Virus record (IMG/VR): IMGVR_UViG_3300024252_000004
Span: 331,128-395,127 of that record
Direction: 5' to 3' (one strand)
Length of the DNA stretch: 64,000 bases
The translations under genes and the position numbers were made by a program. The notes beneath the pieces are model-generated. The model did no database searches. It was not told the DNA's origin and saw only the letters and a list, made by a program, of their open reading frames with translations. The first letter of the stretch is position 1, and every line of letters begins with the position of its first letter. Below, piece after piece: positions 52,019 to 62,487 of the stretch.

Positions 52019-52805
52019 ATACGCTTTGGATACCGGAATGATTAAAGACTTAGAAACCTTAATAAAGATTTGTCAAACGAATCTTAAGAACTCTCCAGAA
52101 TGCTTAGCATACTTGAGAGACACTAGAGGTATGTCTGAAGCCGCTATCGAAAACCACAAGATTGGCTACTTTCCACAGAGCATTAACATGCTTACAAAGT
52201 ACGTGTCTCGTGCAACCTTAGAAAAATTGAATATCATAGATTACTCCGGAAACTCAAAGTTTGCGGATTTTTACTATCTGGTATTCCCCATTTACAATGA
52301 ATACGGAGAGCCTGTCGGCATTAATGGCAGAACTCTCATTTCCGATACCCAAAGAGAAATGCTTGGAATAGCTAAATATGAAAATAGCTCATTCAAGAAA
52401 AGCACCACACTCTTTGGGTTTAATCGTGCGAGGGGTTCTATCCTTGCCAAGGGAGAAGTATTCGTCTGCGAAGGTAACTTCGACGCAATTCAACTGCAAG
52501 AGAATGGAATTAAAAACTCCGTTGCCATTTGCGGAACAGGATTCTCGAAAGATCATTTCGTTAGATTGGCAAGGTACGCACATACATTCACTTTTGTTCT
52601 CGATAGTGATGACGGAGGGAGGAAGGCCATTTCTCGTATTAACAAGAAATTTATGAACAAGGGTATAAAGCTCAGGTTCCTGTCTCTTCCCGACAAATAT
52701 AAAGATGTAGATGATTTTTTTAGAGCTGGTTATTCCCGAAGAGACTTTTTCGACACACTCACAGAGTGTAGTCCCGAATTAGAAAACATGGAGTGGAAAA
52801 ACTAA
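51993..52805 (+). CDS. dnaG: DnaG-type primase catalytic core (Toprim) lacking zinc-binding domain
   Basis: AYL..RG, IGY, FPI...G..VGINGR, KYENS, VCEGNFD, LDSDDGG, KDVDD. Confidence 0.88.
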   Translation: MMMNREKRKYALDTGMIKDLETLIKICQTNLKNSPECLAYLRDTRGMSEAAIENHKIGYFPQSINMLTKYVSRATLEKLNIIDYSGNSKFADFYYLVFPIYNEYGEPVGINGRTLISDTQREMLGIAKYENSSFKKSTTLFGFNRARGSILAKGEVFVCEGNFDAIQLQENGIKNSVAICGTGFSKDHFVRLARYAHTFTFVLDSDDGGRKAISRINKKFMNKGIKLRFLSLPDKYKDVDDFFRAGYSRRDFFDTLTECSPELENMEWKN

Positions 52806-53266
52806 TGAATAAATCAAAACTTTACCAACACAAGATTGTGGAGATCTCTTTTGATCAGGGCAAACTAAATAACTTCCCTGAGAGCAGAGGCATCGGAAAT
52901 ATGCTTTCCGACAATGAGTCCAACGAACAGATCCAAGACCTGAGAGAGGAGCTATTAGAAGAGATTTATGACATCATTCATGGCGATTCTTTAACCGATC
53001 ATCAGAAAAAGATCCTAATGATGCGCCTTGTTGGAAAAACTCAGAACGAAATTGCTGAACATCTCGGTATCACACAATCTGCCGTGCATAAGGCTTTACA
53101 TGGTAATATTGACTATAAAAATGACAAGAAAAGATATGGCGGAATTATTAAGAAGCTGAAGAAGATTTGTGGCAACAATTCTAACATTCAACGAATATTG
53201 AGACAAATAGAGGAAGCTAAAAATAGTGATCAAATCGCTGATGAGCTTTCTATTAATAAACAGTAG
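52805..53266 (+). CDS. sigma70 region-4-like HTH DNA-binding protein
   Basis: LTDHQKKIL..RLVGKTQNEIAEHLGITQSAVHK. Confidence 0.8.
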   Translation: MNKSKLYQHKIVEISFDQGKLNNFPESRGIGNMLSDNESNEQIQDLREELLEEIYDIIHGDSLTDHQKKILMMRLVGKTQNEIAEHLGITQSAVHKALHGNIDYKNDKKRYGGIIKKLKKICGNNSNIQRILRQIEEAKNSDQIADELSINKQ

Positions 53267-53289
53267 ATTCTACGAAGAGGGAACAGTCC

Positions 53290-53799
53290 ATGACCACAAG
53301 AGAAAAGTATCTTGCAAATATTGACAGAGTGCTTATGAAAACTTTAGCCAAGCAATCAAAGTCTTTGGCCGATAAGAACGCCATTAAGTACGATGATAGT
53401 CTTGTATCGCAAGGTCACATTAGAAAAATTGCATTTGACGTGTATAAAGTTGACAATGATCCTTACAGGGATCTTTGGATTCTTCAGGATGTTGACGGAG
53501 TCCCTCATTTAGTTAGAGCTTCGAACCCACAGTCCGAAGAGACGGTTGTTGGAGAGTGGTCTGCGACATCAGATTATGATAAGAGGAATATCACTTTGGC
53601 ATACAAGAGTAAGCCAATTGCAAGATTTTCTTCTGACACATATGGATTTACCCCTGAAGACGTATTAACATTTAAGGAAGCCCTGCTTGACAAGATTGGT
53701 GCTGATGATGGTTTCCTTAAGGAAGTATTCGCAGAGCAGCCAGAAGCTAAAAAAAGATCCCTCCTTTCAAGCTTCCCTGAGCTTGGCAAATACATTTAA
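53290..53799 (+). CDS. hypothetical protein, candidate virion/morphogenesis protein
   Basis: 169 aa; TATTAATA variant 39 nt upstream; IRKIAFD. Confidence 0.72.
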   Translation: MTTREKYLANIDRVLMKTLAKQSKSLADKNAIKYDDSLVSQGHIRKIAFDVYKVDNDPYRDLWILQDVDGVPHLVRASNPQSEETVVGEWSATSDYDKRNITLAYKSKPIARFSSDTYGFTPEDVLTFKEALLDKIGADDGFLKEVFAEQPEAKKRSLLSSFPELGKYI

Positions 53800-53809
53800 G
53801 GAACAGAAT

Positions 53810-55384
53810 ATGCAGAAGGAAATTTTCGATATAATCAAAGAAGCCCAAAAGGCACTGGAGCAGCTTGAGAATGGCAAGCTCTATACATCTGCATATGTTT
53901 GTGAGAGGTTCGTAAAATCTGCGGAAGAAAACCCGCATGATCTTCTCATCAACAATATGAGGAATGTAGTTCTGAGCAGGCTTCAGACACAACAGTTCGT
54001 TTCTCAGGCAGAGCTTACCGGCATCTATGACCAAATGATTGGCTTGGGTGGCGGACATTCTGCGTTCAGAAATGAGCTTGGAGACTTACTCACTGAGAAG
54101 CGCCAGTATGTAGAGCCAACCAAAACAGCTTCAGCACTTAGAGCCGACCGTGAAGGTGGACTAAGCATTGCTCCTGTAAATCAGGAACTCTCCGATGCAT
54201 TCTCAACTGCATTCGGATTCGGAAAAGACAACTCTTTTGGAACATATGCACCTCAGCAGGGCAACATGGTCAATAAAGTTGTTATCGCAGGATTAACCGC
54301 AGAAGGACAGACTCCTTCCGCAGTTGAAATAGTTTCTGAGAATGAGCACTTCGTATTAGTGGCAGCACTTTACAATGACGGCTTCAACAAAGTAGCAGTT
54401 CATGTTCCTGTCCAGATCAGTGGCGGGATTGTGCAGCCTCCAACAGCACTTGTTCAGGGAGAGGGTACAGTCCCACTCACCAAAGACAGTCTTTGGCTTG
54501 CCATCAAGGAAGCAAGAGACGAAAAAAGGCATGTTGCTCAGCAGAAATTCGCATCCCAGAGAACATTCGGCGAATCTGTTAAGGTAGCTAAGCAGGTTGT
54601 ACCTGCAAGTCTTGAGAAATTTGCACAGTTTGAAACTACATTAGTTTCGGCCTCAACAATGCACTCCGCTAAGTCAGTAGCAGAAGCAGTCACTATGGTG
54701 TCTGATGAGCTTAAGTCATTCGGAGCGTTTAATCCACAGGTAAAAATAGTAACGGCATCTGATAGAGAAATCGTATTCGATGCACATGTCCCTACAGAAA
54801 AGGGTATGGCAGTCGTTAAGGTTCCCGTCGAGATTCACAATGATCATCCAAACCTGCCGAACAGATTTGCAGCCGCAACTTCTGATGTAGAGCAGGTTTA
54901 TGATTTCAGCCAAGCAGGATATGCAAGGTTCCTTTCCGATGTGAAGGGTAACAGCAGAACTGTTAAGGTTGCGAGACATACCGGAAACCTATCGACAGCG
55001 TCTTACCACGAGCTTAACGACATGATGCTAAAAGGAATTTCGACTAAGGATTACACGCTTGCAGAGAATGCACTTTCGGTCATTCAGAACCGCTTCGACT
55101 CTTCACAGTTCAAAGCAGCATTTGATAAGTTCACTCAGTTATTAAAGCATTCCTCTACCGATCAGGACTCTGAAAGAGCCAAGCACATTGAGGCTGCGGT
55201 TCAGAGAGGAGACCTTATCAAGCACTCTACGACTGTTGAGCTTTACTGTCCTAAACTTGCTCTTCCATTGAGCAAAATTGCATTCGATAGCCAGGGTCGT
55301 CCGGTACCGGCAAGAACACATCGGGCTCAGAACGCAAATGAGGAAGAAGTTTTTATTTCCTCTTATGATATTAAGTTCAGCTAA
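53810..55384 (+). CDS. hypothetical protein, candidate virion/morphogenesis protein
   Basis: ATG 53810 after AAGGA; many K-x-A motifs; internally repeated V.VPV(Q/E)I unit. Confidence 0.75.
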   Translation: MQKEIFDIIKEAQKALEQLENGKLYTSAYVCERFVKSAEENPHDLLINNMRNVVLSRLQTQQFVSQAELTGIYDQMIGLGGGHSAFRNELGDLLTEKRQYVEPTKTASALRADREGGLSIAPVNQELSDAFSTAFGFGKDNSFGTYAPQQGNMVNKVVIAGLTAEGQTPSAVEIVSENEHFVLVAALYNDGFNKVAVHVPVQISGGIVQPPTALVQGEGTVPLTKDSLWLAIKEARDEKRHVAQQKFASQRTFGESVKVAKQVVPASLEKFAQFETTLVSASTMHSAKSVAEAVTMVSDELKSFGAFNPQVKIVTASDREIVFDAHVPTEKGMAVVKVPVEIHNDHPNLPNRFAAATSDVEQVYDFSQAGYARFLSDVKGNSRTVKVARHTGNLSTASYHELNDMMLKGISTKDYTLAENALSVIQNRFDSSQFKAAFDKFTQLLKHSSTDQDSERAKHIEAAVQRGDLIKHSTTVELYCPKLALPLSKIAFDSQGRPVPARTHRAQNANEEEVFISSYDIKFS

Positions 55385-55393
55385 GGAGTGGCT

Positions 55394-56326
55394 ATGACAA
55401 GATTAGAATTCATTCTTAGGCAGGCGGGTACAAATCGCAAACTGAGAAGCGCACTTAGAGGTGCTTATGCCGAAGAGTTAGAGAAAGTTGCTCAGCAAGG
55501 TATCCTTCAGGATTATCAGGGCGAAAAAACTAACTACGGCACAAGAGAGCAATTGCTCACCGAGAGAGGAACTTCTGATAAGGCGGACCAGCTTTACGGC
55601 GTAAACCCCGCAGAATACGGTACGCCTGAAATTGCAGACAGACCATTAAGTGAGTCTCTTTCTACAAGGTATGTCCCAGGTAAGCCTGGGGTATCTGCCG
55701 AAAGGGTTCGCGGAACAAATGGCGGCGTTTACAAAGATCCAAACACTAACAAGATTTATGATTGGAATGAGGGCTTTACTGACGAACAGGGCCAGAAGTA
55801 TCAGGGTAGCAGCGTACAAGGACAGACCGAAATGTTCTCTTATTCTGAGATTTGTGATCCTGACAAGTTAGTCAAAACAGCATCTGAGGATTACGACATT
55901 GCAACTTTCGGAACAGAAGCTCCTTTTGTAAAGATTAGTGTTTATGAAGATGATGATGAATATGAAGGTATGATTGCTTACTACAAAACCGCAGAAGATA
56001 TTGAGGCCAATAAGCTTTATGCGACAGGAAGCTACTTGTATGATAAAGATGGCAGTGAGGATCCTGTTGCTGGCAGAATATACGCAGAGACTTTGACAAT
56101 TCACAGCGAGCCGGGTATTGACTTTGTTCTTTCTGATAGGATAACTCCGGATGAGTTCCTGAGACTTATGCATGAAAACTTTACAGTAGTTTCCCTTACT
56201 GGAGCCTCTTACAGTCCTCCGATTAGTGATGAGGGATTCGATGCTCAGTTTGATGATTTCGAAGCAAAAAGGGATTGGGATGAAGGTAGAGACGAATACG
56301 CTGGATTCAAAATCTCCTCGGAATAA
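55394..56326 (+). CDS. hypothetical protein, candidate virion protein
   Basis: ATG after AAGGAG; EKVAQ, VKTAS motifs. Confidence 0.72.
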   Translation: MTRLEFILRQAGTNRKLRSALRGAYAEELEKVAQQGILQDYQGEKTNYGTREQLLTERGTSDKADQLYGVNPAEYGTPEIADRPLSESLSTRYVPGKPGVSAERVRGTNGGVYKDPNTNKIYDWNEGFTDEQGQKYQGSSVQGQTEMFSYSEICDPDKLVKTASEDYDIATFGTEAPFVKISVYEDDDEYEGMIAYYKTAEDIEANKLYATGSYLYDKDGSEDPVAGRIYAETLTIHSEPGIDFVLSDRITPDEFLRLMHENFTVVSLTGASYSPPISDEGFDAQFDDFEAKRDWDEGRDEYAGFKISSE

Positions 56327-56341
56327 AAACAAAGCACAAAA

Positions 56342-56389
56342 ACAAAAGTAGAGCCTGCCCGGTACAAATAAGGCAGGCTTTACTTTTGT
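56342..56389 (+). terminator. terminator hairpin
   Basis: ACAAAAGTAGAGCCTGCC-loop-GGCAGGCTTTACTTTTGT. Confidence 0.75.
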
Positions 56390-56403
56390 AGAAGGAGTTA
56401 TTT

Positions 56404-57111
56404 ATGGGCAGCAAAGTATTACGACATCCAGAGAAAGAAGAGATTATCTCCAAGCTATTGCAGGGAGAGTCTGTTAAGCAGGTCGAAAATTGGCTAAAGA
56501 AGAAACATCCAAAAACAAAGCGTCTCCACATCACATCCATGACTTTGCAGAAGTTCAGGAAGGAGTACCTTAATCTTGAAGGCGAAGCCCTGGAACAGAT
56601 TAAGGCTGCCAGAAAGAATTTTACAAAGGACTCTAAGGCTCTTGAAAAGCAGGCTATGGTTATGGCATCGAATTCTTACCAGGAAAAGCTCGCGGAGATT
56701 ATTGATGAGGAGATTGATGTCACTAGAAAGATGCTTGAAATGGAAAAGATTATCTCTTCCAGAATCGAGTATTACTTTAATTCTCTCAACAGTGGAGCTA
56801 ACCTTAGAGAGGAGCGAGTTTTCATTGAACTTTTGACTCAGCAAAGAGAGCTTCTTAGAGATTGGAAGAAATATGTTGAACGGGTTCCTGACCAGACAAT
56901 CGACCACAATATTAATATCAATGTAGTTAATGAGCAACTCACTGTTCTTAAGAGTATCGTTTTCGAAGTTCTTAAGGAACTTGACCCGACTTTGATTCCG
57001 GTTTTCGTTGAGAAGCTAAATTCTAAAATGGTAGATACACAGTACAACAATCAAAGATATTTGGACTATGTAGAGCCAGAGGTTAAAATTATCGATGTCA
57101 GTAACGATTAA
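56404..57111 (+). CDS. N-terminal HTH + coiled-coil protein, possible terminase small subunit
   Basis: SKVLRHPEKEEIISKLLQGESVKQVENWL HTH-like start; helical body; upstream of terL; function is inference. Confidence 0.55.
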   Translation: MGSKVLRHPEKEEIISKLLQGESVKQVENWLKKKHPKTKRLHITSMTLQKFRKEYLNLEGEALEQIKAARKNFTKDSKALEKQAMVMASNSYQEKLAEIIDEEIDVTRKMLEMEKIISSRIEYYFNSLNSGANLREERVFIELLTQQRELLRDWKKYVERVPDQTIDHNININVVNEQLTVLKSIVFEVLKELDPTLIPVFVEKLNSKMVDTQYNNQRYLDYVEPEVKIIDVSND

Positions 57112-57361
57112 TACAACGGAAAATCAGGAAAGGTATGCGGATCTCACACTCAGGGATATTGAAAGTGCTGCTGCATTCTCATCTTGGCTGTCTCAACACT
57201 TAGTTACTTATGCTACTGGAACAGTAAGTAAAGAGCACTTGTTAATATTCCTTACATATATACAGGATCGTATTGACGAGACAGATTCGGCTGATGGCCT
57301 TATGTGGAAAAAAGCAATAGTCGATCTGAAAAGTAGATTAGGAGACGACAGTGGACTTTAA
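57095..57361 (+). CDS. hypothetical protein
   Basis: 88-aa ORF overlapping neighbours. Confidence 0.6.
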   Translation: MSVTINTTENQERYADLTLRDIESAAAFSSWLSQHLVTYATGTVSKEHLLIFLTYIQDRIDETDSADGLMWKKAIVDLKSRLGDDSGL

Positions 57362-58856
57362 GAAGGAACTTATAGCGCTAAAGACAGAGCTTCCAAACCT
57401 CGGAATCCCCGAAGGTAAGGAGGCTATTGCTGTTAGTGTCTATAACATCTACAAACATCACGGTGTCTCTCCAACTGAGGAGATCATCCGTTTTGCAATG
57501 GACGTAAAGCTTCCTCCAAAGAATCACAACGATTACTACTATTTAGCCACAGTCGCTTATCTCAGAAATAATGGAATTAAAAAAGTCGCATATCCGTTAG
57601 GACATGGGGCTTTGAGCGAAGATTTAGAAGAAGAGTTTGATCTGGAGAAATGGTCAGGACTCGTACATAAAATTTACGAAGCAGTTCAAAGCGGAGATAT
57701 GTCTTATAGTTTTGCACTGGATTACTACTCTGGAGAACTCGATACTTCTCGACAAGAAGGCCATAAGTTTAAGGAGTGGGTTAAGTACTATAAGAATGGT
57801 GAGCATCTTAAGTATGACATTAGAGCAAGCAGGAGCAACGAAATGGAAAAAAAAGCAGATTTCCAATTTCCATTAAGCGGTTCAGGATTCTATCCGGCAG
57901 AGACCAAGCAGGTCTCTAAAGAGCGCGTGGAAGTTGATAACAAGAAAGGCGATTTCGAAGAGTGGAAAAGCAAACTCTACGTTGCTATCAGAAGACTTGA
58001 TAAGCTAATCAGACAGGGCGATCCACATATGAATTCAGATATTCATGCGGACCTCGCAGACCTTCTGCATGCTTTTGATATGGAAGTTAGAAAGGTAAGG
58101 CTTGCCTCTACTGCATCTGACCTTACCAAAAGAGCTGCTTTGGCTTTCAAAACTAAAGGTCTCAACGAACATGCAGATACTCTATATGCGTTAGCACAAG
58201 AGACTCCGCTTCCGCCAGAGATTGATGCAGCCCCAGATGATATTCTTGGAGACGAGCCACTTGGTGGCGGTTTGACCGAGGAGCCTGAGGTTCCTGGCGC
58301 AGAGGGTGAAATCCCTGGCGCAGCGCCAGAAAGTATTGGGGCAGGTACACCCGTTGGAACAGCGCTGAAAGGAGGAACGGGACCTAAGCCTGGAGAGTAC
58401 GAAGCTCTTAGCGGAGACATCACTCTCGATCAGGCATCTCGAAAGCTTGAAGAGATTGCAGGAAGACTTGCGGACAGACGAGTTATCCGTTTGCTTGCGG
58501 AGTTCGATATCATGCTTGATCAGCTTGGCGTGGCTCCAATGTTTCCCGAGCTTCCGGAAGCCCAGAGCAAGCTCATTGATAGTTACTCTTATGCATTAAC
58601 TCGTGTCACCAAGATGCTTGGTATGCTTTCTTCAGGGAAAAGTCTTTCGGAAATTGCTGACGCAAAAGAAACTGAGATTCAGAAGGGCGTAGACAAGGAC
58701 ACTGCGAAGACATTCAATGCTGGCGCAGAAGAGGACGCACCAAAGGGAACTGAGGCTATTGCTGACGAATTTGGCGCTACAACAGAACTTCCGCCGGAGC
58801 CAGGACAGGACGCTCCACAGCCGGCAGAAGCACCTCCTATTGACGAAGAGGTATAA
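57351..58856 (+). CDS. hypothetical protein, candidate virion/head assembly protein
   Basis: GTG start after AGGAG; KKVAY, KKAD, ALAQ motifs; Pro/Glu-rich linkers. Confidence 0.75.
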   Translation: MDFKKELIALKTELPNLGIPEGKEAIAVSVYNIYKHHGVSPTEEIIRFAMDVKLPPKNHNDYYYLATVAYLRNNGIKKVAYPLGHGALSEDLEEEFDLEKWSGLVHKIYEAVQSGDMSYSFALDYYSGELDTSRQEGHKFKEWVKYYKNGEHLKYDIRASRSNEMEKKADFQFPLSGSGFYPAETKQVSKERVEVDNKKGDFEEWKSKLYVAIRRLDKLIRQGDPHMNSDIHADLADLLHAFDMEVRKVRLASTASDLTKRAALAFKTKGLNEHADTLYALAQETPLPPEIDAAPDDILGDEPLGGGLTEEPEVPGAEGEIPGAAPESIGAGTPVGTALKGGTGPKPGEYEALSGDITLDQASRKLEEIAGRLADRRVIRLLAEFDIMLDQLGVAPMFPELPEAQSKLIDSYSYALTRVTKMLGMLSSGKSLSEIADAKETEIQKGVDKDTAKTFNAGAEEDAPKGTEAIADEFGATTELPPEPGQDAPQPAEAPPIDEEV

Positions 58857-58860
58857 GTAA

Positions 58861-59625
58861 ATGAACTTGGGAGAAACCCTATCATTAGTTGCACAGATTG
58901 CCGAAAGGTATTTGGTCGATAAGCCCTACATTGTTGGTGGCTTACCAAGAGACGTGTATCTGAAAAAGGAGATCAAGACAACTGATGTTGATTTGACAAC
59001 TAATTCTCCCGATGTCTTAAGGCTCGGCATCCTCGTGGCTAACGAAATGAATGCCACTTTCGAGCTATCAGATGATGGGCATTTGACCGCATTCACAGAT
59101 TCTTTTGATCTTGATTTCTCAAGTAACTTTATCTCTGAAGGCGTAGTTGAATACCTTGGTGATAAGCATCAAGAATATCACGAAGCATACAGTAGAGACT
59201 TCACGATCAATACCCTGCATCAGGATCTATTGACCAGAGAAATTGTAGATCCGACAGGGCAAGGTTTTGAAGACATCAAAAATAAGATCATCAGAACTCC
59301 TGTACCTCCACACATCACACTGGAAGATGATCCGAGGAGGATCTATCGTGCAGTGAATCTTGCTGCAAGATATGGATACAGAATTGATCCTACGATTGTT
59401 GAGTTCGTTCTTGAAAACCCAGAAATCTTTTCTTCAGAGAATGTAAAAGACAAGTACATCTCTGTTAAAATTGCGAAGGCACTCAAAGAAGATGCTGAGC
59501 TAACCCTTCACTTGTTAAGGGAGCTTGATCTTTTGAAGAATGTACCATTAAGTGGCTACTTCAAAGATGTGCTTATCTCTAAAAAACTTCTTGTTGAATA
59601 CTTGGGCGAGGAAAAAGATGATTAA
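58861..59625 (+). CDS. class II tRNA nucleotidyltransferase (CCA-adding / poly(A) polymerase family), short form
   Basis: YIVGGLPRD, DVD, RDFTIN, DPTG.G..DI, DDPRRIYRA. Confidence 0.9.
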   Translation: MNLGETLSLVAQIAERYLVDKPYIVGGLPRDVYLKKEIKTTDVDLTTNSPDVLRLGILVANEMNATFELSDDGHLTAFTDSFDLDFSSNFISEGVVEYLGDKHQEYHEAYSRDFTINTLHQDLLTREIVDPTGQGFEDIKNKIIRTPVPPHITLEDDPRRIYRAVNLAARYGYRIDPTIVEFVLENPEIFSSENVKDKYISVKIAKALKEDAELTLHLLRELDLLKNVPLSGYFKDVLISKKLLVEYLGEEKDD

Positions 59626-60529
59626 GAACGCAGGATATCTTGCCTCTTCTTGGGAAGAATATTCCGAACAAGGCCCGGCATTTAAAGAGATTGAGGTTTG
59701 GTGGAAAAATAATTGGCAGAAAGTTCCTGGCAGTCAAGGTCCGGATTACAATAGCTGGACAGACTGGTATGTAACGAAGTATTATGGAGAGTGGGGAGGA
59801 ATACACCGTGGGCCCGAAGAAGCCTTAAAGGTTATGCAGGGGGAGCAGGGAGCGCCTAAAGCTGGGATTACTCCGGGCTCCGTATCTCAAAGAGGCAGAG
59901 GAATTGGTGAGCGCCTCAAAGGCGTAAAACAAATGTTTAACGGCAAATTACCAAGAGGGCAATTCCCTGGCAAAAACAACGGAATTAACTTCGGAGATTT
60001 AAGCGACGAAACTCAGGAATTTCTCAAAACAATTACCGAAGTTGCGAAAGAGCTTGGCGTTCAGAAACCATTCGTTACAAGCGGATACAGAAGTCCATCT
60101 GCTCAAGCAAGAGTTATGGCAAATAACTGGAAAAAGAAAGGCGGGTCCGCGCCTCTTTCACCGAGAGAGCTTGAGCTTCTTGGTGCTTCATTATCTCAGA
60201 AGCTTTCAGCAGGATTGGATGGAAGGCCGATCACAAAAGGCGCAGTTTACCTTTACAATCTATATCAAATAAAGCCTTTTGCATTATTTGTTAACAACAC
60301 CCTACATGATTACGGTGTGAACAGAGAAAGTAAAGGCATAGTTGCAGACTGGATTCAGGCAAATGTTCCATTGCGTTCGCATATGGGGCAGCCTGCTACT
60401 TCTGTTGACCTAAGGTTAACACAAGATATTAAAAAAGTTCTCGATGTCGTAACACAGTCTGGGGAATTTACTTTGGGAGTCCTATTCGAGGGCGATCATT
60501 ATCACGTAAGAGTCAAGGAAATGGCTTAA
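59618..60529 (+). CDS. peptidase M15-like (LAS) peptidoglycan hydrolase with Trp-rich N-terminal domain
   Basis: VTSGYRS...Q, SH......SVD, EGDHYHV. Confidence 0.7.
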   Translation: MIKNAGYLASSWEEYSEQGPAFKEIEVWWKNNWQKVPGSQGPDYNSWTDWYVTKYYGEWGGIHRGPEEALKVMQGEQGAPKAGITPGSVSQRGRGIGERLKGVKQMFNGKLPRGQFPGKNNGINFGDLSDETQEFLKTITEVAKELGVQKPFVTSGYRSPSAQARVMANNWKKKGGSAPLSPRELELLGASLSQKLSAGLDGRPITKGAVYLYNLYQIKPFALFVNNTLHDYGVNRESKGIVADWIQANVPLRSHMGQPATSVDLRLTQDIKKVLDVVTQSGEFTLGVLFEGDHYHVRVKEMA

Positions 60530-60532
60530 ACA

Positions 60533-60540
60533 TACTAATA
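60533..60540 (+). promoter_or_regulatory. TACTAATA putative late promoter element
   Basis: Exact motif, intergenic, 33 nt before ATG 60566. Confidence 0.55.
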
Positions 60541-60565
60541 TTCATTGCTTTTTTTGGAACAATCG

Positions 60566-60838
60566 ATGAAAGAAACTATTATAAACAAATTAGATGACGA
60601 ACCGGTGACTATAGATCTTGAGGAAGAAGATGAAGAAGAAGAGCTTGATGTCAAAACTCAAGCTGAGGAATCTTCTAATATTCCTATAGATGGTAGTCCA
60701 GTGTATCCGCACATATATGTTGGCAATTCAGGTATTCCTGACATGGTCGATTATGATGAGAGCGGATACAGGGGAGATAATTATATGATTTGGCATGATA
60801 TTTTTCCAGATATTTCTGCCGGCAGCATTCATGGGTAA
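60566..60838 (+). CDS. small acidic hypothetical protein
   Basis: ORF after TACTAATA. Confidence 0.6.
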   Translation: MKETIINKLDDEPVTIDLEEEDEEEELDVKTQAEESSNIPIDGSPVYPHIYVGNSGIPDMVDYDESGYRGDNYMIWHDIFPDISAGSIHG

Positions 60839-60851
60839 GGAGTTTTACACA

Positions 60852-61859
60852 ATGTCAAAAAACGTAGTCACAGAATACACAGAAGATACAGAGTTTTTCA
60901 AGTCTTCCCAATGGGCAGGAGACTTGGTTGAGTTTTCTGAAGAAACAAGTGTAGAGGATGGCATGACACCTCCAGATAATGGTGTCGCACAATTCGAAAC
61001 AATAGTGGAATTTGATGAGGAAGAAGCTGATCTCCTTGAAGATATGGAGTCTTCTTTGTCTCAGTCTGTAGAGGGCAATGAAGTTGGCGAGCCAACAGTT
61101 GTTGAATTCTCAGAGGAACTTCCAGGCGCAGTAGAAGAGATGGAAGAAGAGGAAGTATCCTCAGCAGCAGACGCAGTTAGAATGCTTCCAGGCTCAAGCA
61201 TCAGTCTCGCAGATGACGAGGAAGATAAAGTAGAGGAGGTAGATGATACCCCTGGTACTTGGAGAGATGACGGAGATGTCAGAGATTTCTCAAATTATCT
61301 TCAGGATGCCTACAACAGTCCTCCGCAGCACCAGGGCGAAATGCTTGGATGCGAAAGAGTGATCAATTACTACAAGGGCCTCGACAAAGAAATCTCCAAG
61401 GCCCTATCTCTTGATAAGGATCATATCTTAGATGTTGGTGAGCTTGATGGAGTTAGGGTTAACATGATGAATGATATGTTAACTTTGAAGCAGCACATTA
61501 AGAAGCTTCAGAGAGGCATCAGAGAGCAGCACGGAAAGAAAGCTGCTGATGGCACTACTATGAAGATCGCAGGAAGCGATGTGGAATTATCAAAAGAAGC
61601 CACAGTTGCAAGACCGCAGCTTATGATGACTGCTTTTGAAAGAGCAATTACCGGAATGGTTGTTAACGCAGTTGTATCTTCTGGAAAATCTTTTGAAGAT
61701 GTGTATGACATTCTTAAGAATAAGTATGCATTTACAGACAGAGAGGAACTTGCATTAATGCAGTTGTTCGCTGATATGGGATATCAGGTTTTCAAAGATA
61801 GGGGTTCTTATGGAAAAGAATCTTCTGAAGTTGATTTCATGAGAAGCTATTTCGCATAA
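60852..61859 (+). CDS. acidic hypothetical protein, candidate head/scaffold-type protein
   Basis: ATG after AAGGAG; very acidic N-half; KKAA, KIAG, KEAT. Confidence 0.75.
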   Translation: MSKNVVTEYTEDTEFFKSSQWAGDLVEFSEETSVEDGMTPPDNGVAQFETIVEFDEEEADLLEDMESSLSQSVEGNEVGEPTVVEFSEELPGAVEEMEEEEVSSAADAVRMLPGSSISLADDEEDKVEEVDDTPGTWRDDGDVRDFSNYLQDAYNSPPQHQGEMLGCERVINYYKGLDKEISKALSLDKDHILDVGELDGVRVNMMNDMLTLKQHIKKLQRGIREQHGKKAADGTTMKIAGSDVELSKEATVARPQLMMTAFERAITGMVVNAVVSSGKSFEDVYDILKNKYAFTDREELALMQLFADMGYQVFKDRGSYGKESSEVDFMRSYFA

Positions 61860-61869
61860 GGAGAATGGA

Positions 61870-62478
61870 ATGAGTAAAATTACAAGACAAGATGGAGTCA
61901 CCGAGCAATACGGTGTCATGCAGGACTGGCTAGTTCTCTTTGCTCATGAGCTTGAGAAGAAGGGTTATTTAGAAAACCTAAAGCCTATTTCTCGCAGAAA
62001 GCATTTTCACTCAATTGAAGAAAAGATGGCGGACATCAAGGAAAGAATTGGCTTTGATGTCGTCAGCAAGCTTACGGAAGAACTCGAAGACATCAGCAAA
62101 GAAGCTCAGACAAAAACCGCATGTGGATGCGGTGGCTCTTGCTGCGAAGTCAAAACAGCAAATTATGAACATCCTGAAAGGGATGTGAAAAGGATGCGCA
62201 ATATTCTTAGCTACATCAATGATATGGCTAAATCAGAATCTCACTTAAGTGCTACCGCAATTCTGTCAAAATGTAGAGACGCGGAAGGACTTGGGTTCAA
62301 TAGTCTTCGCATTGATGAAGGAAAGCTTAAGGGCTATGTTGACGACTTACTTTCAAAGTATAGCGATGATTTGGATGAGGACATTAGGTATGAGAAGAGA
62401 GAGATAGAGCCAGTATCTTCTAACACTGGTCTCGATCAGGCAGATTACTACAGTCATGCGCGTCCAGATTCCTTTTAA
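61870..62478 (+). CDS. hypothetical protein
   Basis: AGGAG RBS; KEAQ, KTACGCGG, KTAN. Confidence 0.75.
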   Translation: MSKITRQDGVTEQYGVMQDWLVLFAHELEKKGYLENLKPISRRKHFHSIEEKMADIKERIGFDVVSKLTEELEDISKEAQTKTACGCGGSCCEVKTANYEHPERDVKRMRNILSYINDMAKSESHLSATAILSKCRDAEGLGFNSLRIDEGKLKGYVDDLLSKYSDDLDEDIRYEKREIEPVSSNTGLDQADYYSHARPDSF

Positions 62479-62487
62479 GGAGGGCGG

